DNA of 64,000 nt, taken from NCBI RefSeq assembly GCF_000142905.1, contig NW_013657664.1:62001-126000 (forward strand), written 5' to 3'. This document shows positions 53,758 through 64,000 of the stretch, one piece after another (position 1 is the first letter of the stretch; each line of letters opens with the position of its first letter). The notes beneath the pieces are model-generated. The model made no database searches and was not told the origin of the DNA. It saw only the letters and a list, made by a program, of their open reading frames with translations. The translations under genes and the position numbers were made by a program. Source of the DNA: Thecamonas trahens ATCC 50062 (lineage: Eukaryota; Protista; Apusomonadida).

Positions 53758-54465
53758 GGTGTGGTGAAAGATGTGGAGAAAGCAAAGGCACAGTAGGGGG
53801 TGCCCTCGGTGGTCACAGCGCACTGGCCGGAAAGTGAAGTGCTACCACACAAACGCGAGCAAGCAATTTTATGGCTGAGCTGGTGGTGGAGCACGTGTCT
53901 CACGTGCCAACTCGTGTCACGGTGGTCAACAGCACGGCATGCGCCAAAGTGCTGCCACGGCTGCCACCAATCGCTTGCACTCGCGGGCGGCTGAGCGATG
54001 CGAAGCATCTTACTTCACAGAGAGCTCCAATGGCGTCGACTTGATTGGCTCCGGGTAAGCGGGAAAGGGCATGATCTCGTGTGTACGCGAGCACGCGGCT
54101 GTGGCTCATGTACACGCGGGCCACCGTGCCAATCGGCACGATGTGCTGGCACAAGGAAGCCAGCGCAGTGCATGCGAGGAAATCTCAAGTCTTCGTGCCG
54201 GTGGAGCGACTGCTCGGCCGGCAACCGAGAGGGTGCTTGCCATTGCAAGGCTATGATCTGCTGTTGCGCTCCGAGTAAACGGTCTTTGAGACGATATGCT
54301 CCTGCGCGCAAGCCCGACTACTCGCCATCAAACCGAAGAAGCTCCTCTTGCCACGAGTGTCGATACCAAACATCATGACATTTGCACCCGTATGATACAA
54401 ACTGCACGTTGCATGAGTGCCTTGCTTGTCATGATGGCACATGCATTGCTCTTGGTACGGGGGTT

Positions 54466-54498
<33 letters not shown>

Positions 54499-54681
54499 TT
54501 CTGGTTTTTTTTCTCCAGCCAACAATGCCCAACACGGCCACATGCATACACATGCACATACACATACACACCACTCACTCACATCACACACACACACACA
54601 CGCGCCACACACATACACCATATATACCTCCTCCTACGCTTCCCCTCCTCCCTCCTCTCTCTCTCTCTCGACGGGCTCGCT

Positions 54682-54918
54682 ATGGCAGCACGCACACGAG
54701 GCGACGACGACAAGCAGCAGTTCCTCCACCACCTGGCACAGGTGGGAGAGATGGCACAGGGCAACAGGGATATGTGTGATAAGATGACCGAAGACTCGAA
54801 TGCCGTCTCACGGAGGCTAGCTGCTCTGGAAACAGCACTTCAGTCCACAGATACCCGCCTCGACGCCACCCGTGACGCCTACAAGGAGCTGAAGGAGCTA
54901 CACTTAAAGAAGCCATGA
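54682..54918 (+). CDS. Small coiled-coil hypothetical protein (78 aa)
   Basis: ATG follows a pyrimidine tract; heptad pattern and coding-like codon usage. Confidence 0.55.
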   Translation: MAARTRGDDDKQQFLHHLAQVGEMAQGNRDMCDKMTEDSNAVSRRLAALETALQSTDTRLDATRDAYKELKELHLKKP

Positions 54919-55371
54919 CCGTGTCACCTCCTCACCGAGGACCATCTATAGACAACGACATCCCGATCGTCACTGTACATGGCACATTGTAGATCATCAT
55001 GCTCTTGAGACTGTCTCTCTCCCTCTCTCTCTCTCTCTCTCTCGACTTTGCTACCGTGTCATGAGTTCTGCCGCAGCTCTCGTCACACGCTGGACACGCA
55101 GCAACCCCCCCCCTTCTCCAAGTGGAGCAACTCAGGCCCAAATACACACGCAATTCACCCCCCACATCACATCCCCGCCACCAATGTGCAAACCAACAAC
55201 ATACACGATCGTGTCGATCAGCCTCGTTCACACCCGCCACGACCGGTGACCACAGCGCCAGCCGTTACGCAGCCACACTCCACCACACTCCACCACCACC
55301 ACCACCACCACCACACCCACCACACCCAACACACCCAACACACCCAACACAGTCACATACACACAGTCACT

Positions 55372-56238
55372 ATGCACGACGGAGAGGGCAATGGGCTGGC
55401 AACGACATACCTGGCGGCACACAGTGGACGTGCTGAACTGAGCTTGCCAAGCGTGCCCAACGGCCATGTGGTGCGACCCAAGCAGACGCTCGATGCGAGT
55501 GCGGTCATCAATACTGAGGCCCGCAACGCTTTCCATGAGACGGATGCGACGGCTGAAAAGGTGGTCGCCTCGCTGGCGGGTTCTGTCGTCACTCCCTCGC
55601 AGTATGTGTACTCGGCGGCTGGCAAGGCTGCCATTGCCCGCTCGGGCATCCGCCCGCCGTCTGGCAGTGATGGCGACGCCGGGCTCGACAGGCTCATCCA
55701 CCAGCTGACCGAGGACGACGAGAATGGTGTCGTGGGATACTTTTCTCGCACTGCGCCCATCGAAGACGGCCGTCTCGGTGGATCGCTCTCGGCCTACGCC
55801 GCTGCTGCCAACGCGTGGGAGGCATCGGTGACAGAGGCCACGGCAGGCAAGGCGCTCGGCTTTGGTCGCTCTGCCAAGGAGGTCGAGGCCCAGATCTCCG
55901 AGCTCAAGCGGCTCTCTACTCGCCCGATCCTCAAGGCTGGCCGGCCGACCATGCTCTCTACCTACGACGTGACATTCAACAAGGACGACGCCATCAGCGA
56001 CGCCATCGACGCCGCGCTCACCGCCCGCCTCGCCGCTCGGGCCCGCAACGCTGCCTCGTTTGTCGCCCCACCAGCCGCCGCCAGCGCGCCTGCTGGCACT
56101 GGCGGTAGTCATGCTCCGGCCGCCTCCACCAAGCCGCAGCTCAACGATCTGGTCCGCGACTCGATGGTCCGCGGCGCCCTCGCCGAAGAGTATGGCGAGC
56201 GTGTCGCCGATGCTGCCCTACCGCTCCCGCGCGCATGA
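55372..56238 (+). CDS. Hypothetical protein
   Basis: 288-codon ORF with high GC3 after a (CAC)/(CA) low-complexity leader; no family recognised. Confidence 0.65.
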   Translation: MHDGEGNGLATTYLAAHSGRAELSLPSVPNGHVVRPKQTLDASAVINTEARNAFHETDATAEKVVASLAGSVVTPSQYVYSAAGKAAIARSGIRPPSGSDGDAGLDRLIHQLTEDDENGVVGYFSRTAPIEDGRLGGSLSAYAAAANAWEASVTEATAGKALGFGRSAKEVEAQISELKRLSTRPILKAGRPTMLSTYDVTFNKDDAISDAIDAALTARLAARARNAASFVAPPAAASAPAGTGGSHAPAASTKPQLNDLVRDSMVRGALAEEYGERVADAALPLPRA

Positions 56239-56442
56239 TTCATTCCCCACCCCCCACCTGGCATAAAACCATTCCCCCGCCTTGCCCTCGCCACATGCCG
56301 CCCAACCCGGGCGCCGCCCCAAACCGGGCGGGTGTGCCACCACGCCGCCAGCCCGTTCCGTCGGGGCCAGCTGCTCGCCTTTGCGAGCCAGGGTGGCCAG
56401 CCAGCTCACTCGAGAGTAAGCAAGCACGCAGATAATAGCGGG

Positions 56443-57287
56443 ATGAGCAGTGGAGAGGGTGTGGTCGGGGAGAGCGAGTTCCAGGACCGTGTGGTCAAGC
56501 TCAACGTCGGTGGCGTGCGGCACATGACGCACCTGTCGACGCTGACGGGCGGCGGGAAGCAGAATAACTTTTCTCGGCTCTGCTCTCCGGCCGGCACGCG
56601 GTAGAGACCGACGATGATGGCTATGTGTTCATCGATCGGAACGGCAAACACTTTGATGCCATCCTCGACTTTCTTCGCTCCGGATCGTTCGAGGTCCCGC
56701 CCGGCTGCTCAGAGACGAGGCTCATGGAGGAGGTCGAGTACTATGGCCTGATGTCGTTTGGATCGCTGTCTCAGGCCTCACCGGTTCCCCCGGTCTCAGA
56801 CGCCGATATTGAGGAGATGCTGGTCGAGCGCAAGGCTGCAGAGTACGAGGCCAATGCGCCGATGCTGGATCCCATCCGCGATGTCATCTTTGCCACCTTT
56901 CGCGATGCTGTCGAGAGCGGCAACCCGCTGTCGTTGACGATTGTGCCGTCGCGAGAGCGCCTGCGCGCCATCGCCGAGGTCCGCGACGGCGAGGTACAGT
57001 ACTCGGACCGGCTCGAGTACTCGCTCGTCGGGCCTGACAACGATCGCCCGCGCACAGTCCTCATCCGCGACGACGATGCCATCGCCACCCTCGAGGTCCC
57101 GGACAGCGTCAACACCCTGCTCTTCTCGCTCAAGCACACCCACGGTCTGAGCGTCGACGTGGGTGAATTTGTTCTTTATCTCAAGCGCAACGCAACCGGT
57201 GCTTTCTGGCTCACTGACATCCGCGCTGGCGCCTGGTCAGTGCACACACGATACTACGTCTTCTCGTGGGCACGCAAGGCGGTGTGA
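56443..57287 (+). CDS. KCTD-type BTB/POZ protein; frame break at T4 56569-56572
   Basis: VVKLNVGG..T..STL and FIDRNGKHFDAILDFLR..EEVEYYGL. Adding one T restores NNFFSALLSGRHAVETDDDGYVFIDR. Confidence 0.85.
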
Positions 57288-57320
57288 TCGACTCTGGCTT
57301 TGTCACCCTTGGCGCATGGT

Positions 57321-58208
57321 TCAAAATGCCAAGAAAGTGTCGAGAGCATAGTCAACGCTGGCTTCGCGTGGCGCCTTGTAGGGGCGCTCGAGGCAAGTCT
57401 GAATGGCCTCATTAAGACCTTCGAGGCACGGCATGATCAAGCTCGAGAGGCACGTGTCTGTAAGTCCCGCATGATTAACATGCTCCTCGCTGGCGTGCGC
57501 CATGGCCATGGAGATCAAGTCAACCACACGGCTCTTGAAGCACTTGGCCCAGCTCTGGCCGTTCGTCCGATCCGAGAGGCTAAAGTTGACACTGGCCGGT
57601 GTCGGGTCCATGCCCGCCATAGCCAACATCAGGCCAACATCTTCCAAGCTGAAAAAGGCATTGGGTTTGGAACCGAGCTGATCGCGAGCAGTGCTGACAA
57701 TGTCGCCGTACGTGATGAACCCGTGATGGTCCTTATACTCGTCATTGATGCGGGTCGTGAGCTGAGCAAGGAAGGCTTCCACAGCGGCTGTCGACGGAAA
57801 GAAGGCGAGGCCGACGTGAACCGCCAGGCAAGGCGCCGACCACCCGAGCATCTGAAACCTGGGGTCCGCCCAGCATGCCGCGCACGCGAGCATGGCCTCT
57901 GGGCTGAATGCTATTTCTATCAGTATGATCAAGAGCTGGAGAGGTTGAGATGAATGCCTCGGGCGACCTGGCCGAGGAGTAAAGAAGGCAGGAGACGGAC
58001 GACCGACTGGCATGTGCGGCAATGTGTGACGGCAGCTCCTGGTCGCCACGCCATGCTTTTCATCGCTCGTCGGACCACCCGGCAAACGAGACTGTGAATA
58101 CCTTGCCGAGATGTCGCCCACACCACGTCGGGGTGTGAGAGGAGGACGGAATGGATGGGAAGACGATGGAGGAGGTGTGTGCCGTGTGCATGCGCGAGCT
58201 GCTGTCAC
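57321..58208 (-). CDS. Hypothetical protein (start and exon structure uncertain)
   Basis: Long ORF ending 33 nt from the convergent KCTD stop. The 3' half looks globular; no family recognised. Confidence 0.35.
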   Translation of the reverse strand: MTAARACTRHTPPPSSSHPFRPPLTPRRGVGDISARYSQSRLPGGPTSDEKHGVATRSCRHTLPHMPVGRPSPAFFTPRPGRPRHSSQPLQLLIILIEIAFSPEAMLACAACWADPRFQMLGWSAPCLAVHVGLAFFPSTAAVEAFLAQLTTRINDEYKDHHGFITYGDIVSTARDQLGSKPNAFFSLEDVGLMLAMAGMDPTPASVNFSLSDRTNGQSWAKCFKSRVVDLISMAMAHASEEHVNHAGLTDTCLSSLIMPCLEGLNEAIQTCLERPYKAPREASVDYALDTFLAF

Positions 58209-58440
58209 GATGGCATTGTCCTCCTCCTCCCGCCCCTTTGCGTCGCGATAAGTGTGGCAAGAGTAGCCCCCAGGGTTGCGTCAAGTGGGAAGAAGAAGAA
58301 GAGGAAGAAGTGTTCAATGCCGGTGTTGCGCAAGTGTGGGAGAAGCTTGAACCATCAAGTGCCAAGCCAGCTCGTCATCAAGCAGAATCCCGGCTTGATG
58401 AAAGGGAGTAGACGACAACAGAAGCGATAGCCGAAGAGCA

Positions 58441-58815
58441 TCAGAGTAGCACGCATGAGCCGCCAGCACTTGCACCCGAGCCGGCCTCGTTGACCTTGAG
58501 CAACTCGACATCAAAGACCAGATCTGCGTTGGGCGGAATAGCCTGGCCGGCTCCTGACGCGCCGTAGCCGTAGTCCGAGGTCATTGTGAGGACAGCACGC
58601 TCACCAAGCGACATCTGCATGACGCCCTCGTCAAAGCCACGGATGCAAGCCCCAATGCCGACGACAAAGGTGAAGGGCTTGCCACGATCACGCGACGAGT
58701 CGAACTGCGACCCGTCGGCCTTGAGCGTGCCCACGTAGTGCATCACCACCGTGTCTCCCGTCTTGGGGAACGTCTCGCCGTCGCCGGCCTTGGTCGTCTC
58801 CTTGGTAACACCCAT
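58441..58815 (-). CDS. FKBP12: FKBP12-type PPIase with C-terminal Gly/Ser linker and CaaX box (CVLL)
   Basis: [44 protein letters not shown], plus a [13 protein letters not shown] tail. Confidence 0.93.
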   Translation of the reverse strand: MGVTKETTKAGDGETFPKTGDTVVMHYVGTLKADGSQFDSSRDRGKPFTFVVGIGACIRGFDEGVMQMSLGERAVLTMTSDYGYGASGAGQAIPPNADLVFDVELLKVNEAGSGASAGGSCVLL

Positions 58816-59343
58816 GCTTGAGATAGAGTTAAGTCTGCCCTCTGCTCGCGCTCGCTGCCGTCTTACCTCCGCCGCTCCGTCTCTTGTCGAGTCGTCGTCG
58901 CCCAACCGGTCTCCGCCCTTCCGCTGGTCTGAACGCGCCCCCCCCCCTCCCCCTCCCCCGCTACGCTCCACAAGCGACCAAGTACGGTCGCACGGTTGTA
59001 CAATCGTAGGGTCATCCATCTTTCCGGGTCACCCGATCATTCAGTCGCCCACTTGTCTATACTCACAACCGATCTCATCAACTCACAACAATACAACAAT
59101 GGTCCAAGCGGTCTGGGGGGGGGGGGGGGGGGGGGCCAATCGTAGGCGACATGCTGACATGATACTCGTGACACGTGGAGCCGCCAAAAATATTCTGCAC
59201 AGGGCGAGAGTGTGCCGAGCCGGCAAAGATGCAACGTGGCGGGCAGGGAGATAGCTGCGAGGCCGAGTCGCGGAGCGAGGCTATGGACGGGCGAGTGGAG
59301 GGAGGAGGGGAAAGCACACGTCTCCGCAACCAGGTGCAGAAGG

Positions 59344-60432
59344 ATGCGGATGACTGTACGGAAGAATGTGGTTGTGGTGGGCATGGTCTTGTGTCTCATG
59401 GCTGTGGGTATGCTAGCTGAGGCAGCGGCGACGGCCGGGCCGGGCCGGGCGGCGGGAGGCACGCCGCCTATGAGCAAGGCTGACGGGATGGGCAAGAGCA
59501 AGAGCAAGAGCAAGACGGTGGGCGATGATGGTGGGCGCGTGGATCGGCGTCGTGGCGGAGGAGCGGTGAGTGGAGGCAGCAAGGATGGCGACGTGGTCGG
59601 CTCGGCCAAGGGCAGCTCACAGACGGCGGCGGCGGCCAACGACGACGACGGTTTTGTGGCGTCGTCGATGGCGGCGCTCTCGATGATTATTGTGTCTGAG
59701 ATTGGCGACAAGACGTTCTTCATTGCTTGCATTCTCTCGATGCGGCACCCGCGGATGATTATCTTTCTGGCAGCGCTGGCAGCGCTCGGCTTTATGACGG
59801 CCATCTCGGCGGCCATGGGCTGGGTCGTCCCGCTCCTCGTTCCGCGGGAGTACACCCACTGGATCGCCACGATTTTGTTTGCCATCTTTGGCGTTCGCCT
59901 GCTCAAAGAGGCGCACGAGATGCAGGGCGATGAGGAAAACGACGAGCTGATCGAGGTGCAGGACGAGCTTCGCGAGAAGCACCTCATGTCATCTGACTCG
60001 GAGGAGGCCGACGTCGAGGCTGGGCTTGCCGGCGGCGCAACCAACTTTGGCATTTCACTGCAGGACGCCGGGCCGGGCACGCCGCGGCGGCCGCGGTCGG
60101 GCAAGAAGGCGCGCAAGGGCTCGGCCGCTCCGTGGTATGCCATGCTCGTCTCGCCCATCTTTGCGCAGTGCTTCCTGCTCACCCTCCTCGCCGAGTGGGG
60201 CGACCGCTCGCAGATTGCAACCATCATCATGGCCGCCTCGCGCAATCCGTATGGTGTCACCTTTGGCGGCACTCTCGGCCATGCGCTCTGCACCGGCGTC
60301 GCTGTTGTCGGTGGCCAGGTCCTCTCCGAGCGCATCTCGGTCAAATCGGTCTCGTACGTCGGCGGCGCGCTCTTTGTTCTCTTTGCCATCACTTCACTTG
60401 TCCAGGGGCCCGACGACGGCGGCTCAGTGTAG
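59344..60432 (+). CDS. TMEM165: GDT1/TMEM165 (UPF0016) Ca2+/Mn2+ transporter
   Basis: Signal peptide; SEIGDKT and AEWGDRSQ motifs; GHALCTG; acidic central loop. Confidence 0.95.
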   Translation: MRMTVRKNVVVVGMVLCLMAVGMLAEAAATAGPGRAAGGTPPMSKADGMGKSKSKSKTVGDDGGRVDRRRGGGAVSGGSKDGDVVGSAKGSSQTAAAANDDDGFVASSMAALSMIIVSEIGDKTFFIACILSMRHPRMIIFLAALAALGFMTAISAAMGWVVPLLVPREYTHWIATILFAIFGVRLLKEAHEMQGDEENDELIEVQDELREKHLMSSDSEEADVEAGLAGGATNFGISLQDAGPGTPRRPRSGKKARKGSAAPWYAMLVSPIFAQCFLLTLLAEWGDRSQIATIIMAASRNPYGVTFGGTLGHALCTGVAVVGGQVLSERISVKSVSYVGGALFVLFAITSLVQGPDDGGSV

Positions 60433-60473
60433 CCACAATGAACACTCTCTTTAAGCCAGTGTCGATCCGGGCG

Positions 60474-61556
60474 CTACAACCCAAACATGTCATTCTGCGC
60501 CGCTGCCATCCGCCGCTGGACGTTGGACTTGACCACACCGACCGACGACGGGCCGCCCAGTCGCGGGCCGGCACGCACTGATGCGTCGACAAGCCCAGAC
60601 TCAAAATCATCGAGTCCGGACGAGTCGGAGCGGCTCTCGTCGTCGAGCTCGGCCTCGAGCACAGTCTGAGCCCGCGCCCGCTGCGTTGCGCGTGCGCTGG
60701 ACGACGCCACCGCCGCAGCCGACGTCATCGAGTTGGTTAGCGCCGCGTTGGAGCGGTTGATCGAGGCTAGCCGCGCATTCAGCGCCGCCAGCGAGTCGAG
60801 AACCGACGAGCCTGATGCTCCTGCCAGCGAGATCTTCTTTGCGCCATTGCCGCCATCATCGTCAAGCTTCTCGTCGTCAGGACCAGAATCGGCGCCGCCC
60901 CCAACCATGCGCGGGACAAGCGTCGCCGGCGCTGCTGCCTGCGGTACAGCAAAGCCTACGCCCGCGCCTGCGTCAGCCACGCCTGCGCTAGCACTGGGCC
61001 TGGGCTCTGTGGTAGGGACCAGGAGGGTCGATCGCGCGTGCAGGCCAGCGTCCGACACCAAGTTGTTGATCCGTCGCAAGTCCGCCGCGCTGCATCCATG
61101 CCTCAGCGCGATGCCCTGTCACCATCCCCCTCATCAACGTGAACCAGCAATGTGTGAGTCAACACCCTGCCCTGCCCTGTGCTGCCGTCACGCCGCTCTG
61201 AGTCATCGACTCGCACGTGACAGCGTCCGACGCACTGCTACGCAGCCACGACCGACGACAGCAGAGACAGCCATGGCAGCGAACAGCATGGAGAAGCACA
61301 TGTGCTGTCCTATGTTGCTCTAGCAATCCGGCACATCGTTGCAGTCGTCGCCATTGTTGTCGTCGTCGTCACCGCCATCGCCCTCTCGTCATCGCCTACG
61401 GGCTGTCCCCTGCAGCCCGTCGTCGCGCTCGGTGACCATGTTCGACAAGCCCCCCACCTCCCCCAACCACACACACACACACACACCATGCCTTCCCTTC
61501 CCTACACCTACCGCCAATGTGTCTCCAGGTGCAATGATATAAGTCTGGGTCTCCAT
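60474..61556 (-). CDS. LysM-domain protein (LysMD-like); exons 61556-61512 and 61115-60474
   Basis: GTAGGT...ACAG phase-0 intron joins YIIAPGDTLA to GIALRHGCSAADLRRINNL..LLVP, a complete LysM domain. Confidence 0.85.
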
Positions 61557-61787
61557 ACCAGCCTTATTGCTCGGTAGTGCCTGTGTGAGCCTCGTGCCGG
61601 TCACGACGAGTCTGCCTCGTCCAATGACTGACAAGTTGGAGGGAGGGGGGGGGGGGGGGGGGGGAGGGAGGGGTTGATCATGATCACGACACCACGCCCT
61701 TACAGAAGCACATACACACACCAACACACACATACACATACACACACACGGATAGAGTTCTTTTGTTTTTGTTTGCTGCTCAAGCAC

Positions 61788-62800
61788 TCAGGAGCGCGGG
61801 GCACCACGGCCAGCGCCACGGCCGGCGCCGCGGGCACCATGGAAGGTGGCCGACTTGGAGTCGAAGCCCGAGGTCTTCTTGTCCTTGCCCTCACCGCGGA
61901 ACGAGTCGCGGTCGCGGGAGCGGCGGTCGCCGCGGCCACCACGGCGGTCATCGCGGCCGCCGGCATTGCGGACCTGCGACTGCTGGGTCTTCTTGAGGGT
62001 GGCCGGGATGATGGTGGCCGGGAGGTGAAGGAACTCACGGATGTAGTCGAGGCCCTCGTCGGTGAGGAAGTAGTACGAGTACTGCCACGCGTACGTCTCA
62101 CGGACAAAGCCGCGCGACTTCAGCGACTTCATCGTGTTCATGACCTCCAGGTTGGTCGCCGCCATGCGCGGGTGCTTGGGAGGGCCGTGTCCTTCTTGAC
62201 GACGCAGACGCCGTCTGCACACACACACACACACAGACACACACACAGACACAGACACACAAAGCGAGCACACATATACCACACCAATGAGTTACACGAC
62301 CAGCTACTTGCGCCATGCACCCTTACGCGTCTGGACAGACATGCTCTACACCGCTACTTTCCCGCCACCTCGGCCTTGCCCATGGCTTTAGGGCTGACGC
62401 CCCGCAGACACAAACAATTTTGCACCATCCACGGCCTCACGCCGACAGACCCGGTAGCCACTCCAAGGATCCAGCCGGAGCCCAACCAGGCGAAGCGTGC
62501 AGAGCTCCATGTGGAAGAGCTAGCAGTGGGGTCAGGTCGCTGCATACTGAGCGGTGTCGGCCCCTAGACTTAGAGGTAGCGGTGCGAGGCCCGCAAAAAC
62601 GTCGATGCCCATCACCGCCACCGCCGCTGACCCTGCCAGCGGCCGCCACCGATAACGGGCTAGCGGGTGGCCAGGGCCGAGCAGGTCGGTATGGAGTGCA
62701 TGGGTGTGGAAAGGGGAAAGGGATGCCTTATTCACCTAGTGTACGTACCCTGGAACAGCTTCTTGTAGATACCAGCGCGGACCTTCTTGGCAATGAGCAT
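61788..62800 (-). CDS. RPS10: 40S ribosomal protein S10 (eS10); exons 62800-62749 and 62214-61788; frame break at 62178-62180
   Basis: MLIAKKVRAGIYKKLFQ-DGVCVVKKD..KHP..NLEVM..MKSLKSRG.V.E.YAWQY.YY.LT.EG..Y.RE.LHLP..I.PATLK; GTACGT...GCAG intron. Confidence 0.95.
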
Positions 62801-63447
62801 GGTGAGGCAGTGAGAGAGATACCAAAGTGAAAAACAGTGTGACTCATTCCATTCATTCGCGCGAGCTCAATTGCTCCGCCGTTCGTTCGAAACGAACCGG
62901 CTCAGCCACCAGCCGCTCGCCGCACTGCCCCAGATGCTGCTGTGGCAGGCCGCGAGTACAGCGAGCTGCAATAGGTAAAAGGAGAGAGGGTCAGAGGGGG
63001 ATTCGGCCTTCAAGCTCGCTGTGCGATGTAGGGACCAATGTCGTGAAACAGCTCTGATCAGCGGCGTCATGGCCTTGGCTCGAGAGCTGCGCGGTAGCCG
63101 GGACCGACTCGTACCGACCGATCTCCCCGTTCGCACATCGCGCTCACTCTACAGTAAGATGGCAATAGCTCTGCAGGCCACTGCCATGAACCGTGATAAC
63201 GATGTCTCTGTAGTTTGAAAGAGCAGCGGACACAGCGCAGGATCGATCGATTCTGTGCGTTGCACCCTGACCGACCGAGCAACCGAGCAACCGAGCGAGG
63301 GAGCGATCGATCGGTGGTGTCGAGGTGAGTGAGAGTGCGAGTCAGCCATCGTTGACGGAGGTGGAGGAGGACGTGGAGGATGAGCCGTCCGGTAAAGCTA
63401 CTTGAACCACCCACACACCCGTCGTGAGTACAGAGTAGAGGAAGGCA

Positions 63448-64000
63448 ATGCCGCGTCTGAGCAATGATGAGTTTCTTGCTGAGATGGGCAAGCTCCTTCG
63501 CAAGGCTGGCGAGAAGGACAACCCGTCGTCTGTCTCGCTCACCATGAAGCACGGTAGGTGTGGGAAGGTGGAGCAGGGGGGGGGGGAGGGGAGAGGCGGG
63601 GGGGGAGGGGGTTAGGGATGACTTACATGTGTTATGGGTATTGTGTTGATCTGGATGTATGGGGGTGGCCAACGTGGTGGTCTTGGGCCTTTGGTTTGGG
63701 TGTGGTGGACTTGGACGTTCGTCGCTCCGCTCTTCTCCCTCGTCATCGTCGTCGCTCCGCTCTTCTCCGTCGTCACCGTCGTCGCCCCACCCTTCCCCCT
63801 CGTCGCCCCGCTCTTCTCCCTCGTCACCATCGTCACCATCGTCGCCCCCACCCTTCTCCCTCGTCGCCCCGCCCACCCTTCCCGTCATCGTCGTCACCCC
63901 TCCCATCTTCCTCACCATCGATTGCTCGTCATCAATCGTCATCGAGACAATCGCAGTCGTGGAAGAGGTGGTGCAGAACAAGGGTAAGAAGAACGAGAAC
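63448..64000 (+). CDS. SRP14: Signal recognition particle 14 kDa protein, partial; exon 1 63448-63553, exon 2 from 63957
   Basis: MPRLSNDEFLAEMGKLLRKAGEKDNPSSVSLTMKH matches the SRP14 N-terminus. GTAGGT...GCAG intron continues in frame. Absent from the ORF track. Confidence 0.8.
63718..63870 (+). repeat. Intronic degenerate tandem repeat (CGTCGCTCCGCTCTTCTCC / CGTCACCAT units)
   Basis: About five related units in the SRP14 intron. Confidence 0.75.

Noticed and set aside
56569-56572. Canonical programmed -1 frameshift signals at the frame breaks
   Set aside because: No shared X_XXY_YYZ heptamer or common downstream structure was seen across the sites; assembly error is more parsimonious.
62380-62600. 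Telomerase, SRP, RNase P/MRP or U3 RNA in the RPS10 intron
   Set aside because: Only fragmentary resemblances (a single CCCUAA, a U-run, GUUGGGCUC). No 1.5-repeat template, helix-8 motif, P4 consensus or U3 boxes.
61788-62800. RPS10 and KCTD as pseudogenes
   Set aside because: Each has a single lesion with otherwise intact conserved sequence and splice sites.

Overview
GC-rich, gene-dense, intron-poor eukaryotic (protist) nuclear DNA with four assembly gaps. Gene content, composition and C/G-run intergenic tracts suggest an apusomonad such as Thecamonas trahens (inference). About 33 protein-coding loci are supported. Housekeeping genes include DDX23, DNAJC3, PGAP4, PEX10, CENP-T, an MDC1-like FHA/SAP/BRCT protein, SDS22, RRP41, TRAP1, FKBP12, TMEM165, RPS10 and SRP14. 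No rRNA, tRNA, CRISPR array or mobile element was recognised by eye. The standout is a compact 1172-aa channel (36916-40434) made of four concatenated Kv-like 6TM units rather than Nav/Cav-like ones. Its pore filters are acidic (GEF/GEY/GDY/GEW, i.e. E-E-D-E) instead of GYG, each unit ends in a CxxC motif, and the N-terminus carries a dileucine sorting signal. Other highlights: a possible SH3b/Cys-rich receptor cyclase split by a gap, with a degenerate active site; CENP-T with four Ndc80-binding TPR-helix repeats; an ICE2/NARG2-like gene; a CaaX-tailed FKBP12; overlapping stop codons; a structured RPS10 intron; and at least five genes broken by single missing bases at short homopolymers (probably an assembly artefact).
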